DNA of 63,587 nt, the filler included, from Trichomonas gallinae (Eukaryota): NCBI GenBank assembly GCA_008369845.1. It is 8 parts of 8 records of this genome, joined end to end, with 100 filler letters (N's around TTAATTAATTAA, not from the genome) between each part and the next. Parts side by side here need not be neighbours in the genome. Positions count along the whole stretch, not along the records: positions 22,865 to 39,498 come from MRSU01000116.1; 7 more parts are not named here. One strand, written 5' to 3'. The stretch's first letter is position 1; every line of letters starts with the position of its first letter. Shown in pieces: positions 22,958-34,866 of this stretch. The notes beneath the pieces are model-generated. The model did not search any database. It was not told the DNA's origin and was given only the letters and a program-made list of their open reading frames with translations. The position numbers and the translations under genes were made by a program.

Positions 22958-25617
22958 TTGACAATTTTAAAAAATCTGCCGGACTACCTTTTCATATTAT
23001 GCTTCTCATTTCGAAGTCAAAAACACACTTCAGTTCATTTTCTATATGCTCAAATCATGTATTGTCAATATCGAATAGATGTTGCATACAATGATACAAA
23101 TGGCCAATTCATAGTGATCGGAGGAAGAACTTTAACAATTCTTGAGGTCGTAGAATGGAAAATATTTACAGTGCCTCATACTTACATCGTACCTTCAACT
23201 CCCATAGAATATGAAACATTGTTATATTCTGTGTGTATTAGCCCTGATTTTAATATATATGCTAAAGTTGATACTTCTGATAATATCCCAGAACCTCCAG
23301 AGCCAAACTACGGATAAGATGGATCTGAAGAAGAAAGATACGAACAAGATTAAAAACAATACAGTGAAAAAAAGGAAATACGATGAATATTGTTATAATA
23401 ATATTTTTTGAACATTGGTGTTACACAAGATTCCAATGAAGATTTTCTAAGATGTGATGCTAATTATTATCCATTTCAATATCCAACACTAGCTTTATAA
23501 GAACATTTAGAGGAGGAAGGTAAATTTTCCAAAGATGAAGAAGGCGAAAATTCTATACAAAAGATGACATGCCGTTCAATATCCATTTCATCTGCGCAGA
23601 CGAAGATCAAAAAGCTCGGTAGTGATGGTGATTTTAATCCAATTGGCATCAAAGTCACGCGCAGTGGTGACATCACTAATCTCAACATAGCTCTTCCTAA
23701 TGATGACTATTTCTCAGTAGGGACACAAGATAACTCGATTTTGTTTGTTGAGAGACCAAATATTATATTAATTCAAGACCAGAATGACAAAGGCATCTAC
23801 GACAAAGGAGTTGTGTTTAATTTGACTCTCTTTACAATCGATCCTGACAAAGACGAGAGCATTGCTGTATCATACATGTTTGATGGAGGACAAGAAATTA
23901 AACTAGAGCAACCAATCGCTTTGAATGAAAATCACAACTGCACAACAATTCTCACGATTTTCCATCCCATCAAGCATCACCAAAAACAAGACAACCCTGA
24001 CATTCAATGCAACAGATAGATACTCTTTGAGCACATCTAGATCGTTGGAATTCACTATCCATCCCAGGTAAACCAAACAGCGTGAGCATCCCATTAAGTG
24101 ATATCGATTTGCCATATGACTCAATCCAAATCGAATACATTCTTGGCATAACAAACTTTGCATCTGCAAAATTAGACTCAGATGAAGAGGAACCAATAGA
24201 CATTATCTCACGTCAACTTCTATCACAGCAGGCACTCCAACGCAAACAGTCTTAATTGATGTTCCTTCCACTGAGAAGCCAGGACTAGCTACATTTACAT
24301 TAAGAGCAACTGATAGTTACAATCTCACAAGTAACACAACAGCCGATGTAACGATTGTTACAATTAAGGGCCGCCCAGAAATAAAGGTTCAAGATCTTGT
24401 TTCTCAAAACTACTTTGCAGGCGCTACGTTCAACATGAGAGTAACTGCTCGACATAGATGGCGACAGTTCACATCGTCTCTTCTCCAGTGAGCGAGGACA
24501 TCTTTCGACATCGAATACAATGTTCCACAAGACCAGAAAGTGGAACCTATCAATATCTCTCTCTTCAGCATCGACACAAATGGACTTTCTTCTGATATAC
24601 ATAACCTCACAATTAATGTTCGCTCTGTTCCTTCGTTCATCAACTGCAGCACTGATAAGGAAGTATACAATTCTGGAGACGACTTCAGTATCACGTGCTA
24701 CATCAGAGACGACGATGATAGCGATACTATGCATATGAAGTCCACAATGGCAACGATGTTGAAAATTTTGGCAGCGTCACTGTTGAGCAAGACTCGCACG
24801 TCAAGCCAATCGTGTTTGGTCCATATCACAGATTTAGTCATCGAAAATGGAGCACATGATGGCTCTTTCACCATCTTCCTGAAATCAAGTTCAAAGACAT
24901 TTTGGTGGATCAATTTAATCAAAACAGTGAAGACTCCTTGACAATAACCGCATTAAGCTTCCCTCAAGAATTAATGTTACAAAAGGCGATATACTCCAAA
25001 TCCACATTAAATTATCAGGTCCGAAACAGCTTGATAGCTCAGCAGTCTTTGCTAAATTCACATTTCACACGCATCAATACACCAGAAGGTGAAATGCTAA
25101 GTATCAATGTCACCATTCACAATAAGACAGACTTTGGAGATATTAACATTACCATTTTTGCCCGAGACAAAAATGGCGTGAATCAACGCCGACAATTATT
25201 CCACTTAACGTTATGAGTGAAGAGGAATACAGAAACGCTGCCTTTGGCATACATGATGCCGTTTGCATGACAATTATTGAAACCCGTTGGTTCATCTTCA
25301 TATTAATTGGTTGCCTGATTATCATCGCATTAATAATCTTATTGCTTTATCCACACAAAGAGGAAGAGGTCGATGAATCCCCAATCGCCAATAACGAAGA
25401 TGAAGATATGGAGCTTCAATGTCATGAAGACTCCAGTGAAACGATATCTGTCAGCACAATCGATATTTCTGATGGAATGGCAGACCAGGAGATGCCAGTT
25501 GATTATGATCACAGAGACTTAAACTCAGGCAAAACATTCACTATCGATTCTGATGATGTGGAAACGATTTTGAATTTTTTTATTTTTTTCATGATTAATA
25601 ATATGATGCAATTGTAA
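22958..25617 (+). pseudogene. fragmented Bap-like/Ig-repeat single-pass surface protein gene
   Basis: successive short + ORFs (23564-24019, 24540-24941, 24902-25216, 25213-25617) carry beta-rich repeats (LFTIDPDKDESI, CYIRDDD, IFARDKNG), then a TM segment and acidic tail; several frameshifts. Confidence 0.65.
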
Positions 25618-25733
25618 TTTTTGTTTAAAAAATCAACAATCTTGACACACAAAGCAATATTATGTTAATTTTGTGTTTAATTTTTGATAAATTATTAAAT
25701 CATAAAAAATGTAAAACAAAATCAAACAAACTT

Positions 25734-26765
25734 TTATACAAACAAGGGAATTGGTTTTGGTAATATAGGTCTAGTGGTAGCAATGCGATCTTCAAGGTTG
25801 ATATTTTTATAATTTTTGTGTTTCAGATGGAATTCTTCTGTGATAGTAAATATTATAGACCCAAAATTGAAATCATTTGATTTCAAAAGGGCCTCAGCTG
25901 TTGGACGATTTGAAGGGATCAAATTTAACATCATTTTGATATGATTAATGATATTTCCATATTCCGTATTCATATCTTCGGTAAATTTGGTGTTAAAAGT
26001 TGGACTTGGATTTGCATATTTGATAAATTTTGAATAATTTTTCATTATCTTAACCTCAGGCCATTGGTGAAGGTTCGGTGCACCACATATATTCAAAATT
26101 GATATCAGAATTTGATCGGTGGAGCTATTAGATGTAAAAATAAGATTTTTCGAAATAAGTTGATAAAATAAAACTCCTGCAGACCATATATCTGAGGCAG
26201 AAGTGATTTTTGTAGCTCCAAAAAGCTTTTCTGGTGAACAATAAGCTGGAGTTCCGCCATCAATATTTATATCTGATTCTTGTGGATAGGAAAATGCCAA
26301 TCCAAAGTCAGCCAATTTAACTTTGCGTCCATTTTGCACGAGAATATTCGCAGGTTTGATGTCTTGATGAACAATATTCTGATCATTTAAATATTGTAAA
26401 GCGTGAAGGATTTGATTCATAAAGCATTTAAGGTGCTGGGGTTGCAGTTTATTTGTTTCTAATAACGCCATCAGGTCCTGCTCGCAATATTCCATTGAAA
26501 TGTAATACGAATCTTCGGATTTTGAGTAGAATATATCATATATTTTCACGATATTGGGATGTTGGAGCTTTTTCAGTATAGTAATCTCGTTTACAACCTT
26601 TTCTTCGCAGAATTCGCGGTCTTTTAATTGTTTGAGAGCCACAATCAACTTTTTTTCTGAATCATAGGCCTTAGATACACTTCCGAATGCACCAGACCCT
26701 ATTTCTTCGATAAGTTTGAATCTGTTGCCGATCATATCGACGTCCGTACATAATGCACGGAGCAT
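25734..26765 (-). CDS. CMGC/CDK-like Ser/Thr protein kinase
   Basis: IGSGAFGSV, VALK, HPNIV, HQDIKPANIL, KLADFG, SPE, DIWSAG, CMGC insert ICGAP...WP; Inr-like TCACTT upstream. Confidence 0.93.
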   Translation of the reverse strand: MLRALCTDVDMIGNRFKLIEEIGSGAFGSVSKAYDSEKKLIVALKQLKDREFCEEKVVNEITILKKLQHPNIVKIYDIFYSKSEDSYYISMEYCEQDLMALLETNKLQPQHLKCFMNQILHALQYLNDQNIVHQDIKPANILVQNGRKVKLADFGLAFSYPQESDINIDGGTPAYCSPEKLFGATKITSASDIWSAGVLFYQLISKNLIFTSNSSTDQILISILNICGAPNLHQWPEVKIMKNYSKFIKYANPSPTFNTKFTEDMNTEYGNIINHIKMMLNLIPSNRPTAEALLKSNDFNFGSIIFTITEEFHLKHKNYKNINLEDRIATTRPILPKPIPLFV

Positions 26766-27458
26766 CAATAAAAAGTGACAAAATTTTCGTCCAAAAATAT
26801 ACAGGGGGAGTCACGATTTTTTTTTCCCGTTTTCGTTAGTTATTAAAATGGCGTAATATAGACATATATAGTTTCATTTTTTACTATATAACTTATGTTC
26901 ATTCATTCTCACTCTTTTGACAAAAATCGACATGTAAATCATGCAAATTTCTAAAAATATGACAATCCGTCATGTAAAATTATTTGCATAGCTTCTTGTT
27001 TTATTATTGAATATATCAGTTCCCGAATCGAAAATGCAGATATACGAACAGAAAAGAGGACATATTACAGCTTTTATTCAAACAACAATAATTCAATAAA
27101 GTCTGCAAATTAAAAAATTTGATTAATCATTTCTCAGGCAATATAAACATTAGGCAGTGCATTTAGTTTTAGATGAGTCTAACATAATATTCAGGAATTT
27201 TTGTAATGATATCAAGTCCATTTGTTGAAAAAATGTCGTAAGAAACAGAATTTGCATTAAATATATCATTTATTCATCTAATATCGGCCTGCACCATTAG
27301 TTGGGCTCGAAAATATTGATTTTCTTTTTCTCAAGAAATTGCTCGCTTTGTTTTGTATATGTAGCGAGCAAAATTGCTTTAGCTTACATAGTTTATCCTT
27401 GTAGCAACATATATACAATTATATAATGACAGCTCATGATAATTTTTTTTTCTCGATT

Positions 27459-29318
27459 CTAAATGTATACAGCATTGTATTTCAAATAAGTCTCTTCGTT
27501 TTTGGTAGTATCATCATTTTGGATCGATTCATTTGCTGTATATGGTTGATTCTTAAATGCTTGGCCTGACCTTGCAGCTGTATCTTGTAATTCAACTGTA
27601 GGTTCGTCTTTTCGTTTATAAATAAAAATAATATACAAGACAATAATTACACAAACAACAGCAACGATGGTTGCAGTAATTGCTACAGAAATCCATATAT
27701 ACCTACCAGGAATATAAATTTCAATGTCTACTATAGAATTAAATTCATTTTTTGAACTTAATTCTTCTTGATTGATGGCTTGTATATATAAATGATGCTT
27801 TCCTGGCTGCAAATCTTGTGGGATTACTAATGATCCAGTGAATTCCATCCAATTCCCATCAGATGTTTTGTTTGCAATGCAATAATGAAAGTTTCCAATG
27901 AATGCATGTATCGAAATGTTGTCGCCAATGTTTGAATCCTTTACTACACCTTTGATACGAACAGTTTCTTTTGGTCGTAAGCGTGAAGAAGATAGTGTAA
28001 CATTCTGCAACTCTGGGCTATGATTTGGTGGAAAGTATATCCAAAAAGAATATCTATTTGATTCGATGCCAAACTCATCTTGTGCAAATAAATGCAAAAT
28101 ATGCTGACCGTGTTCTATCCATTTTGGAATAATAATCTGCGTTCGAAATGATATGGTTTTATCATAGCAGTGATATTCTTTGCCATCTACGTCTAGTACG
28201 AAACGGTTATCGAATATATACTTTAGTGTTACTTTACTGTCATCAAAAACTTTCCCTTCAATATCGATTTTCCTGCCACTTTTGTATTTTTTAATAATTT
28301 TGTTCGAAATATGTAATTCTGGTTTCTTCGTTACATATAATGTCTTGTTAATGACATTCGATTTGCATCCATGACTATCCACGCCAGTTACTGAAAACCA
28401 GTATATGGGACCTTTTCCTACGTTTCCCAAGAAATAATTAGTTAATATCATGTTTGATTGGTCTGTATTGAAAGACTTTTCTGTTGTAACTCCATTTGAA
28501 TCAATAATACTATATATCACGGTTTCATTGGCATCATACTCTCCAAATGTTAGCCCTAAACTATACAATTCAAATGGTTGATAAGTTTCTTTAAAATCTG
28601 ATACATAAACGAAAGGCGGAATGCTAATATTTGGGCCGATCCCGACAGCCGTTGATAGTTCTATTGACTGTCCTGGATATATGTCTCTTGTCCATGAGAA
28701 AGCAAAGCAGTTGTAATCATTCCGTTCATTCTCTCTCGTTTCGTTTCGGAAATAAGGGAGTTTGTCCGGGATGAAAAAAAAAGTTCCATCTCTTTTAATT
28801 TCAGTCCACTCATTGAACAAAGATGCATAGTAAAATGTATCAACATTTGTAGTTCTGGGCGCATACCGAATTAATAGCGTGTAAGTGAGGTTCGTATTCT
28901 CATCTGTCATTGTGAAGCCTCTTTGACATCCAAGAATTTGAATCGAAGCATAATTATTATCAGACTTATTAAAATTTGCGAAAACTCCAACATCAACACG
29001 TTTAGGTTCTATTCCTGTATTATTGAGTTTGAATGAAACAACCAGATAATGTGTTTCTGGGTCAATCTCTGGCATAATTTCGAAATTAATTCCATCGTAG
29101 TATGCCTTTCCATGATTTTCGCCGGATACATATATCAGTTTGCTTACCACACTTGTGTAAATGATTCTGAAAACGACAAACCATCCTTGATCTAAATATG
29201 TCGTGGAATTCCCATTATATTTGATATCAAATGAAGATGTGGAGCTATTCTCTACCCAATTCCAAGTTAAACCTCCTTCTGATCGAATTATTATCAAGAG
29301 AAGGAAAATCATTAACAT
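27459..29318 (-). CDS. type I membrane surface protein with Ig/cadherin-like repeats (Bap-like)
   Basis: hydrophobic N-terminus MIFLLLIII; repeats ending GVDSHG, AQDEFG and AINQE; TM IWISVAITATIVAVVCVIIVLYIIFIY; short cytosolic tail. Confidence 0.8.
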   Translation of the reverse strand: MLMIFLLLIIIRSEGGLTWNWVENSSTSSFDIKYNGNSTTYLDQGWFVVFRIIYTSVVSKLIYVSGENHGKAYYDGINFEIMPEIDPETHYLVVSFKLNNTGIEPKRVDVGVFANFNKSDNNYASIQILGCQRGFTMTDENTNLTYTLLIRYAPRTTNVDTFYYASLFNEWTEIKRDGTFFFIPDKLPYFRNETRENERNDYNCFAFSWTRDIYPGQSIELSTAVGIGPNISIPPFVYVSDFKETYQPFELYSLGLTFGEYDANETVIYSIIDSNGVTTEKSFNTDQSNMILTNYFLGNVGKGPIYWFSVTGVDSHGCKSNVINKTLYVTKKPELHISNKIIKKYKSGRKIDIEGKVFDDSKVTLKYIFDNRFVLDVDGKEYHCYDKTISFRTQIIIPKWIEHGQHILHLFAQDEFGIESNRYSFWIYFPPNHSPELQNVTLSSSRLRPKETVRIKGVVKDSNIGDNISIHAFIGNFHYCIANKTSDGNWMEFTGSLVIPQDLQPGKHHLYIQAINQEELSSKNEFNSIVDIEIYIPGRYIWISVAITATIVAVVCVIIVLYIIFIYKRKDEPTVELQDTAARSGQAFKNQPYTANESIQNDDTTKNEETYLKYNAVYI

Positions 29319-29665
29319 TTCCTTACTCAAAATCCATTAAAGAAGATCTCAGAATTTTCAAATCGCACCGACTACGTTGATAAAAAAATTGAAAATATTG
29401 ACAAAAAATGCGCAACAATATACTAGGGAAGTTGATTGATTTGTGCTAAAAACTATTTAACATTGATTGGCGTAAAAATACAAGTTATTTATGATATAAT
29501 CGCCTGTGATACGATCAAATATGACTTCTATGAAAAATAAAAATACGACTATTGTTCGTTAAAAATAAAAAAATTAAAAATTTCAAAAAATATATGACAA
29601 TTCACTTTTACTTTTATGATATAAAATCAAAGATGTATTTTGAAGAACAGTGTTTGCGGGAATCA

Positions 29666-29732
29666 CGATTTCAGGCTCACTTTTCACAATTTTGAAGTTC
29701 TTTCAAAAAGTGAAAAAGTGAGCCGGAAATCG
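29666..29732. repeat. imperfect ~30-bp inverted repeat (hairpin)
   Basis: CGATTTCAGGCTCACTTTTCACAATTTTGAA ... TTCAAAAAGTGAAAAAGTGAGCCGGAAATCG. Confidence 0.8.
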
Positions 29733-30935
29733 CAAATTTCCAAGTTCATCGAAATAAAGTATTATTTCATTGGATTAATGCTAAGTAAGACATTAAAAAT
29801 GAAAATTTGCGATATTTCCAAAAAGAATTGTAAATTACACTAAACTTCTGCCATGTAAAACATCATTTATGAATTCTTAGAATATTTCTCAACTGTTTTA
29901 ACTATAAATGAGACATTGCTTTCTTACAGATGATGAATAGAATTTGCGAATACGTTCAAAAATATATTTTTAATCATTTGTTTTTTGAATGTGTAGGAGA
30001 TAAATATCACGATATTCTGTATAAACCTTAGCTGCTTCAAGTTCATAGTGAGTTTCGCTGTTCTGAGGTCATTGCAATATACAGTAAGACATAAACAGAG
30101 AAAACAATGCAGTTGTGAAGTTCGTGCAGATGTCAAATAATTTCATCACTTTCTGAAGCGTTAGGACAACGCATTCGAATATTGTCCAAGCTTGTATTCG
30201 AAGTTCTATGCAAAAATGATAAAATGTTAATGAGATTACAGACTTACTCGACACTGAGATCTGAGTTGAAAAACTCAGGAATTCATGCGATGTCTATCTT
30301 GCCTTAACGAAATCTTTGTACAATATTAACTTCATACCGACGTGCTCCTCCTTCATGATCTTGTCGAGGAATATCTGGTGGTTGAGAACTTTGCAGCAAA
30401 GGTCATCGTTGTTTGAGATGTTAAGCAAAATGAAGAAGAATTGCTACTTGACTTACTTTAGAAGAAAAAGAAGCAGTTGCAAAACAAGATTGCCTTTCAT
30501 ATTATATGCATTTCATTTATCACTGTAGCATCCAATTGGATAATCGAGCTAACTGATGGCTATATATTAATCTAAATTAAATGAATTATCTGATATGTTG
30601 AGAAAAAATATTTATTATTATGAATATTACTTTGATTTCACTGAACATAGTGTATACTAGGATATTTTTACATAATACATTATATAATTTTTGTTCTATA
30701 ACTTCAATTTAATAATTTTTAATTCAAAGTCTGTCAAACATTATGGCAACAAACATAAGCATTTAAAATCAGTTCATCATTATATTTATACAATAAAAAG
30801 GTCTATTGCCCATTATCAAATAATTATATTCGGAAATTACGATTTTGTTCGTAACTGTTACTGAAATATTTGAGCACTCATGTGGTATGAAAAGAAATTA
30901 TTAGTTAGAAATGCATGGAAATAACAATATTTAGT

Positions 30936-31637
30936 TCATAAACAATTTTCATCAAATGGCAATGCAGATGTATTCAAGGTTCTCTCATAATCAATAACAA
31001 GTGGTTCATCGCATTCATCTTCAACATCAGATACGTCTTTTTGGCACTTGTAATCGCCATCTTTGATTGCGTATATGGAGACTGTAGAGCACCTGGATGT
31101 TATCAAGTCCTTGATGTCACTAGAAGGAATATGAAAGTGGAGGAAAGAATTATCGTGAATTCTTGATAAGTTGTGTCCATATTCGAAGTCTGTGCTATTT
31201 TCGATGACATTTATTGCTGATATTATGTCATCAACTATTGGTTTGACATCAGGAAAGACCATAAGCATAGTTTCAATAATTCTCGATGTAATTACATGCT
31301 TGAGCTCATTCAATGTTGCTTGCATTACATGATGTGGTATATAATATGGATTTTGGAAGAACGAGAAAGCATCTGAAAGGACTGTAAAAGAATCCTTAAG
31401 TAAAAAGTTTTCGTAGTTAGGAATGTATAAGTGCAATAAGCTTTCATTAGCTACACCAATCGAATTCAATCTCGTTTCATCTTTTAATATCTGCCCATTA
31501 AAGATGATTTTCATTCTGAATCTCGAAACATTAAGCTGCTTGCTCATCTCTTCCTTAACTTGCTCCACAGTCATTGGCTCTGTAAATGGAATGTAGTAGT
31601 TAAAGATGGATTTGAATCTAACATAGTACGCTTCCAT
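30936..31637 (-). CDS. ubiquitin-like domain protein
   Basis: TVEQVKEEM...MKIIFNGQILKDETRL..IGVANESLLHL is a UBL signature; probable start MEAYYV at 31637. Confidence 0.8.
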   Translation of the reverse strand: MEAYYVRFKSIFNYYIPFTEPMTVEQVKEEMSKQLNVSRFRMKIIFNGQILKDETRLNSIGVANESLLHLYIPNYENFLLKDSFTVLSDAFSFFQNPYYIPHHVMQATLNELKHVITSRIIETMLMVFPDVKPIVDDIISAINVIENSTDFEYGHNLSRIHDNSFLHFHIPSSDIKDLITSRCSTVSIYAIKDGDYKCQKDVSDVEDECDEPLVIDYERTLNTSALPFDENCL

Positions 31638-32279
31638 TTCTTTGTTAAAAAATGTTTTTATTTTCTTTTGATAACAAATAGAAAATGATTGGTTGGCAGT
31701 ATTGAAATTGGAATATATTGGCAGATACTGGTATACGCGAATTATCATCTGCTAAATATTTTATCATTTGAATGTACCAGTAAATAGTGAAAATAAAAAC
31801 TCCATAATAATATTATATGGAATGTGTACATCAAAATTAATCCGATTTTTATAATGAATATTAAATTCAATTTGATTCTCATTGAAAAATTGAAAAATTT
31901 CACATTGAATTATTTTCGTTGCTTACAGTATTTTGTAGTATATCAATGGATGGACCAATATACGTAATTGACGAAAATTTGGGAAAATCATGATTTGAAA
32001 AAAATGGTGCAGCCATGTTAAAAATTTGTATTTAGATTGTATGAATGTATCTGATGCTATAGATAAAAGATTTGGATTTTTAATCAATTTTTTGAAAGAA
32101 TGAGTCTTTTGATCTGTTTCAAACAATTTGGTTGACCAATGATCATATTATTGGTACATATTTATACCAATGTAATTATCGATACAAAATATTTGACTGA
32201 GAAAAAAAATCGATTTGATTTGTTATTATAATTAATAGAATGAAGATACGTTCAGTATATACTATACATTTAACAGATA

Positions 32280-33135
32280 TTTGAGTGGTTACTCATTCTT
32301 TTGTTGAAAAGGAATGCCGAACATAATCACTTTAGTTTGTTGAAGTTTTACGCTCACGAATAATAGCTTATATCATGTGAATGTTTATATTCCTTTCCTG
32401 AAATGCTTCATTACAGATTATTCAAAACAGTATGCTTTTTGATAATATGACATGTGGTGTGTGCCTTTATATCACATGGCGAAGTATCTCAGAGTCTGTT
32501 TTGTCTTTTGAGCTTAAATATATAATATTCTGTGAAATGAGTGTCAAATTTCATTTTTTAGCAGATAACAACCTATGTATTGTAACATATGGTTATTATA
32601 AACTATTTGCAAACGAATGAGAATCATATCACATCTTTTTGGTGGAAATTATTGAGTTATTTGAAACTTCGTGAAAAAACTTTGTGTCTCGAAGGATTCT
32701 CGAAATAGATATCATTTATGATCTAATGACGTCGAAAATCCTTCAACATGCAATGTTTTGCTATATTTCAAATAATCTCACGAAAATCAACGACAAAACA
32801 TTCTGTCTTGAACAATTCTGGATAAATAGGTCATTTATTACCTATTCACCCAGACTTGTTCAAGACAGAATGTTTTGTCAAGATTGATATAAGATATTTC
32901 GTGACAAATCTATAGATTGTCCATTTCTGCTGATGGAATATCTCTAAATCTATGATGTAGAGATAGCCCATGAGCAGAGAGACAGTCTGCGCTTATGTAG
33001 CAAATTTGCTCATTCAATGGGCCATGAAAATCGTTTAATTCCCACGAAATACTCGCCTGGACATGTATCAAGGAAATAAATCGAGGTGAAGCTTTCGTCC
33101 GGAAGGAGAAATAGAGAAACGGAATGTGAGCTTTA
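32280..33135. ncRNA. candidate structured non-coding RNA or foldback region (array of hairpins)
   Basis: no credible ORF; at least six adjacent stem-loops, including a 43-bp stem with 39/43 Watson-Crick pairs at 32792-32879. Confidence 0.4.
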
Positions 33136-34191
33136 ATATTTTCTGAATTTTGAGAACATTTTTGTTAGATTTCCATTCTATTTTAATTATAATATATAAT
33201 TAAGATATATTTTAAAAGAATTTTTTTGCTCTCAAAAGTGTTATCAAAAGTCAATTTACATGTAATTTGTTGTAATTCTGATTATAGATATTACCCAACA
33301 TAATTTTCGAGCAAGGAAGTAAATTTGTAATAGCATAGAAAAATATTCATTGTGCACTCTGAAATACCAACATCTTCGAGGATGTAGAATTGAATAGTTT
33401 ACAATAGTTACACTTGAGAGATCTACGTATATAACATAAATATTGCTCGATATCAGAATTTTCACTCAGAAAATATTGAATTGAAAAAAAATATTGATGA
33501 GATAATTTTGTTTATTTCATAAGCTTATATAACATTTTCAGATTTAAATCGATATCAGTTTTCACAACCACATTTAGAGCAAAAATATTAAAATTAGAAG
33601 CTACTATTGATAAGTATTAATATCTCCTAAATTAAAGAAAATAATGCCCTGTAACAAGTAAATTTTTTTTAATTTTTACGGGTTTTTGCGCCGAAATTTT
33701 GCTGTAATGTTACTGCTCGAAATTATATGCCATTAAACTATTGATTTCAGCTTTAAATCAAAAATCTAATTTTAAGATAAGCCTTATGGTAAAAATGACA
33801 TGTAAATTTTTTTTTCAAATGATTTGACGTGTAAAATTTCAATAATCGATTATCTGATTAAACTCAGAAAAAGTTTTCTAGACAATTATTATTGAACTAT
33901 AGAGTATTAAAATTTTAATGTTTAAGCCGAACTATCACGCCCGTAAATAATTATTTGCCAATATTATTTTTGGTAATAAATATTATTATAAAATATTACT
34001 TTTTCAATAATCTGGAATACATCCCTAAATTTATCGATTTTATTTAATAAAATATAAGGTTATGTTCGATAAAACATGTCAAAGTTTATTTTGATGAGTT
34101 GCGGATTAACAAAAGATAATGGATGTTTAGTTTGGATTTCAATCAACAAAATTCTAAAAATTGGTTCGATCCTGAGATAATATGAATAATA

Positions 34192-34866
34192 TTACTCTGA
34201 GTAATACTCAAATTCATCGTCCTCTTCTTCTCCATTAAGGTCTTCATCGGAGGCGCAGGCGAAGTAGAAAGCGAGTACAATTAATGTTATCTGGAAGAGA
34301 ATTAAGAGTACAATGCCGGCGATAACATATCCTTGATAGTCTTTCAAGTTACGTCTGATCGAGCTCTTGCATGTCTCGTAATCTGAAGTTTTGTTCTTAA
34401 ATTTTTCAATTTCTCTGCAGCGTGTAATATCGTCCTGTGTTGTCTCTTCAAATCCACAGCAGGTAAGAGCTCTCTCAATAGCTATTACAGCTTCCTTATA
34501 GTTTGAGTTACTCCAACGGATTTTCAGATCTGTTTCAGTAGCAGTCTTGTAAACGAAGAAGAGAAGGACAGTAGCTACTTGTAAGAGGAAAATTAAGACA
34601 AGTAAGTTAGAGTATGTTAAACGAATGCATTTGTTATTTGTGCAGAAGAAAGTAAAGCCAATAATGACGGCGAAAACCATGACCACACCTGTAACAGTGA
34701 GTGTCAGCAATGGCAAATACTTATAACCGACAAGTTTAGCATATTCTTGAAGATGAACTTTTTTCCAAAACAACCCAAGGAGAACACCAACAACAATGAG
34801 GCCGATAAACCACACCAAGTTAATTGTAGCGAGTAGGTACTTGGAGAAAATAGCGCAGCAGGCCAT
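34192..34866 (-). CDS. tetraspanin
   Basis: four TM segments; large loop with the CCG motif (LTCCGF) and downstream cysteines. Confidence 0.9.
   Translation of the reverse strand: MACCAIFSKYLLATINLVWFIGLIVVGVLLGLFWKKVHLQEYAKLVGYKYLPLLTLTVTGVVMVFAVIIGFTFFCTNNKCIRLTYSNLLVLIFLLQVATVLLFFVYKTATETDLKIRWSNSNYKEAVIAIERALTCCGFEETTQDDITRCREIEKFKNKTSDYETCKSSIRRNLKDYQGYVIAGIVLLILFQITLIVLAFYFACASDEDLNGEEEDDEFEYYSE

Noticed and set aside
29900..30530. Possible transposase remnant
   Set aside because: Stop-riddled coding-like DNA with no DDE or other motif that I could recognise
34160..34180. GGTTCGATCC resembling a tRNA T-loop
   Set aside because: No T-stem, acceptor stem or cloverleaf around it
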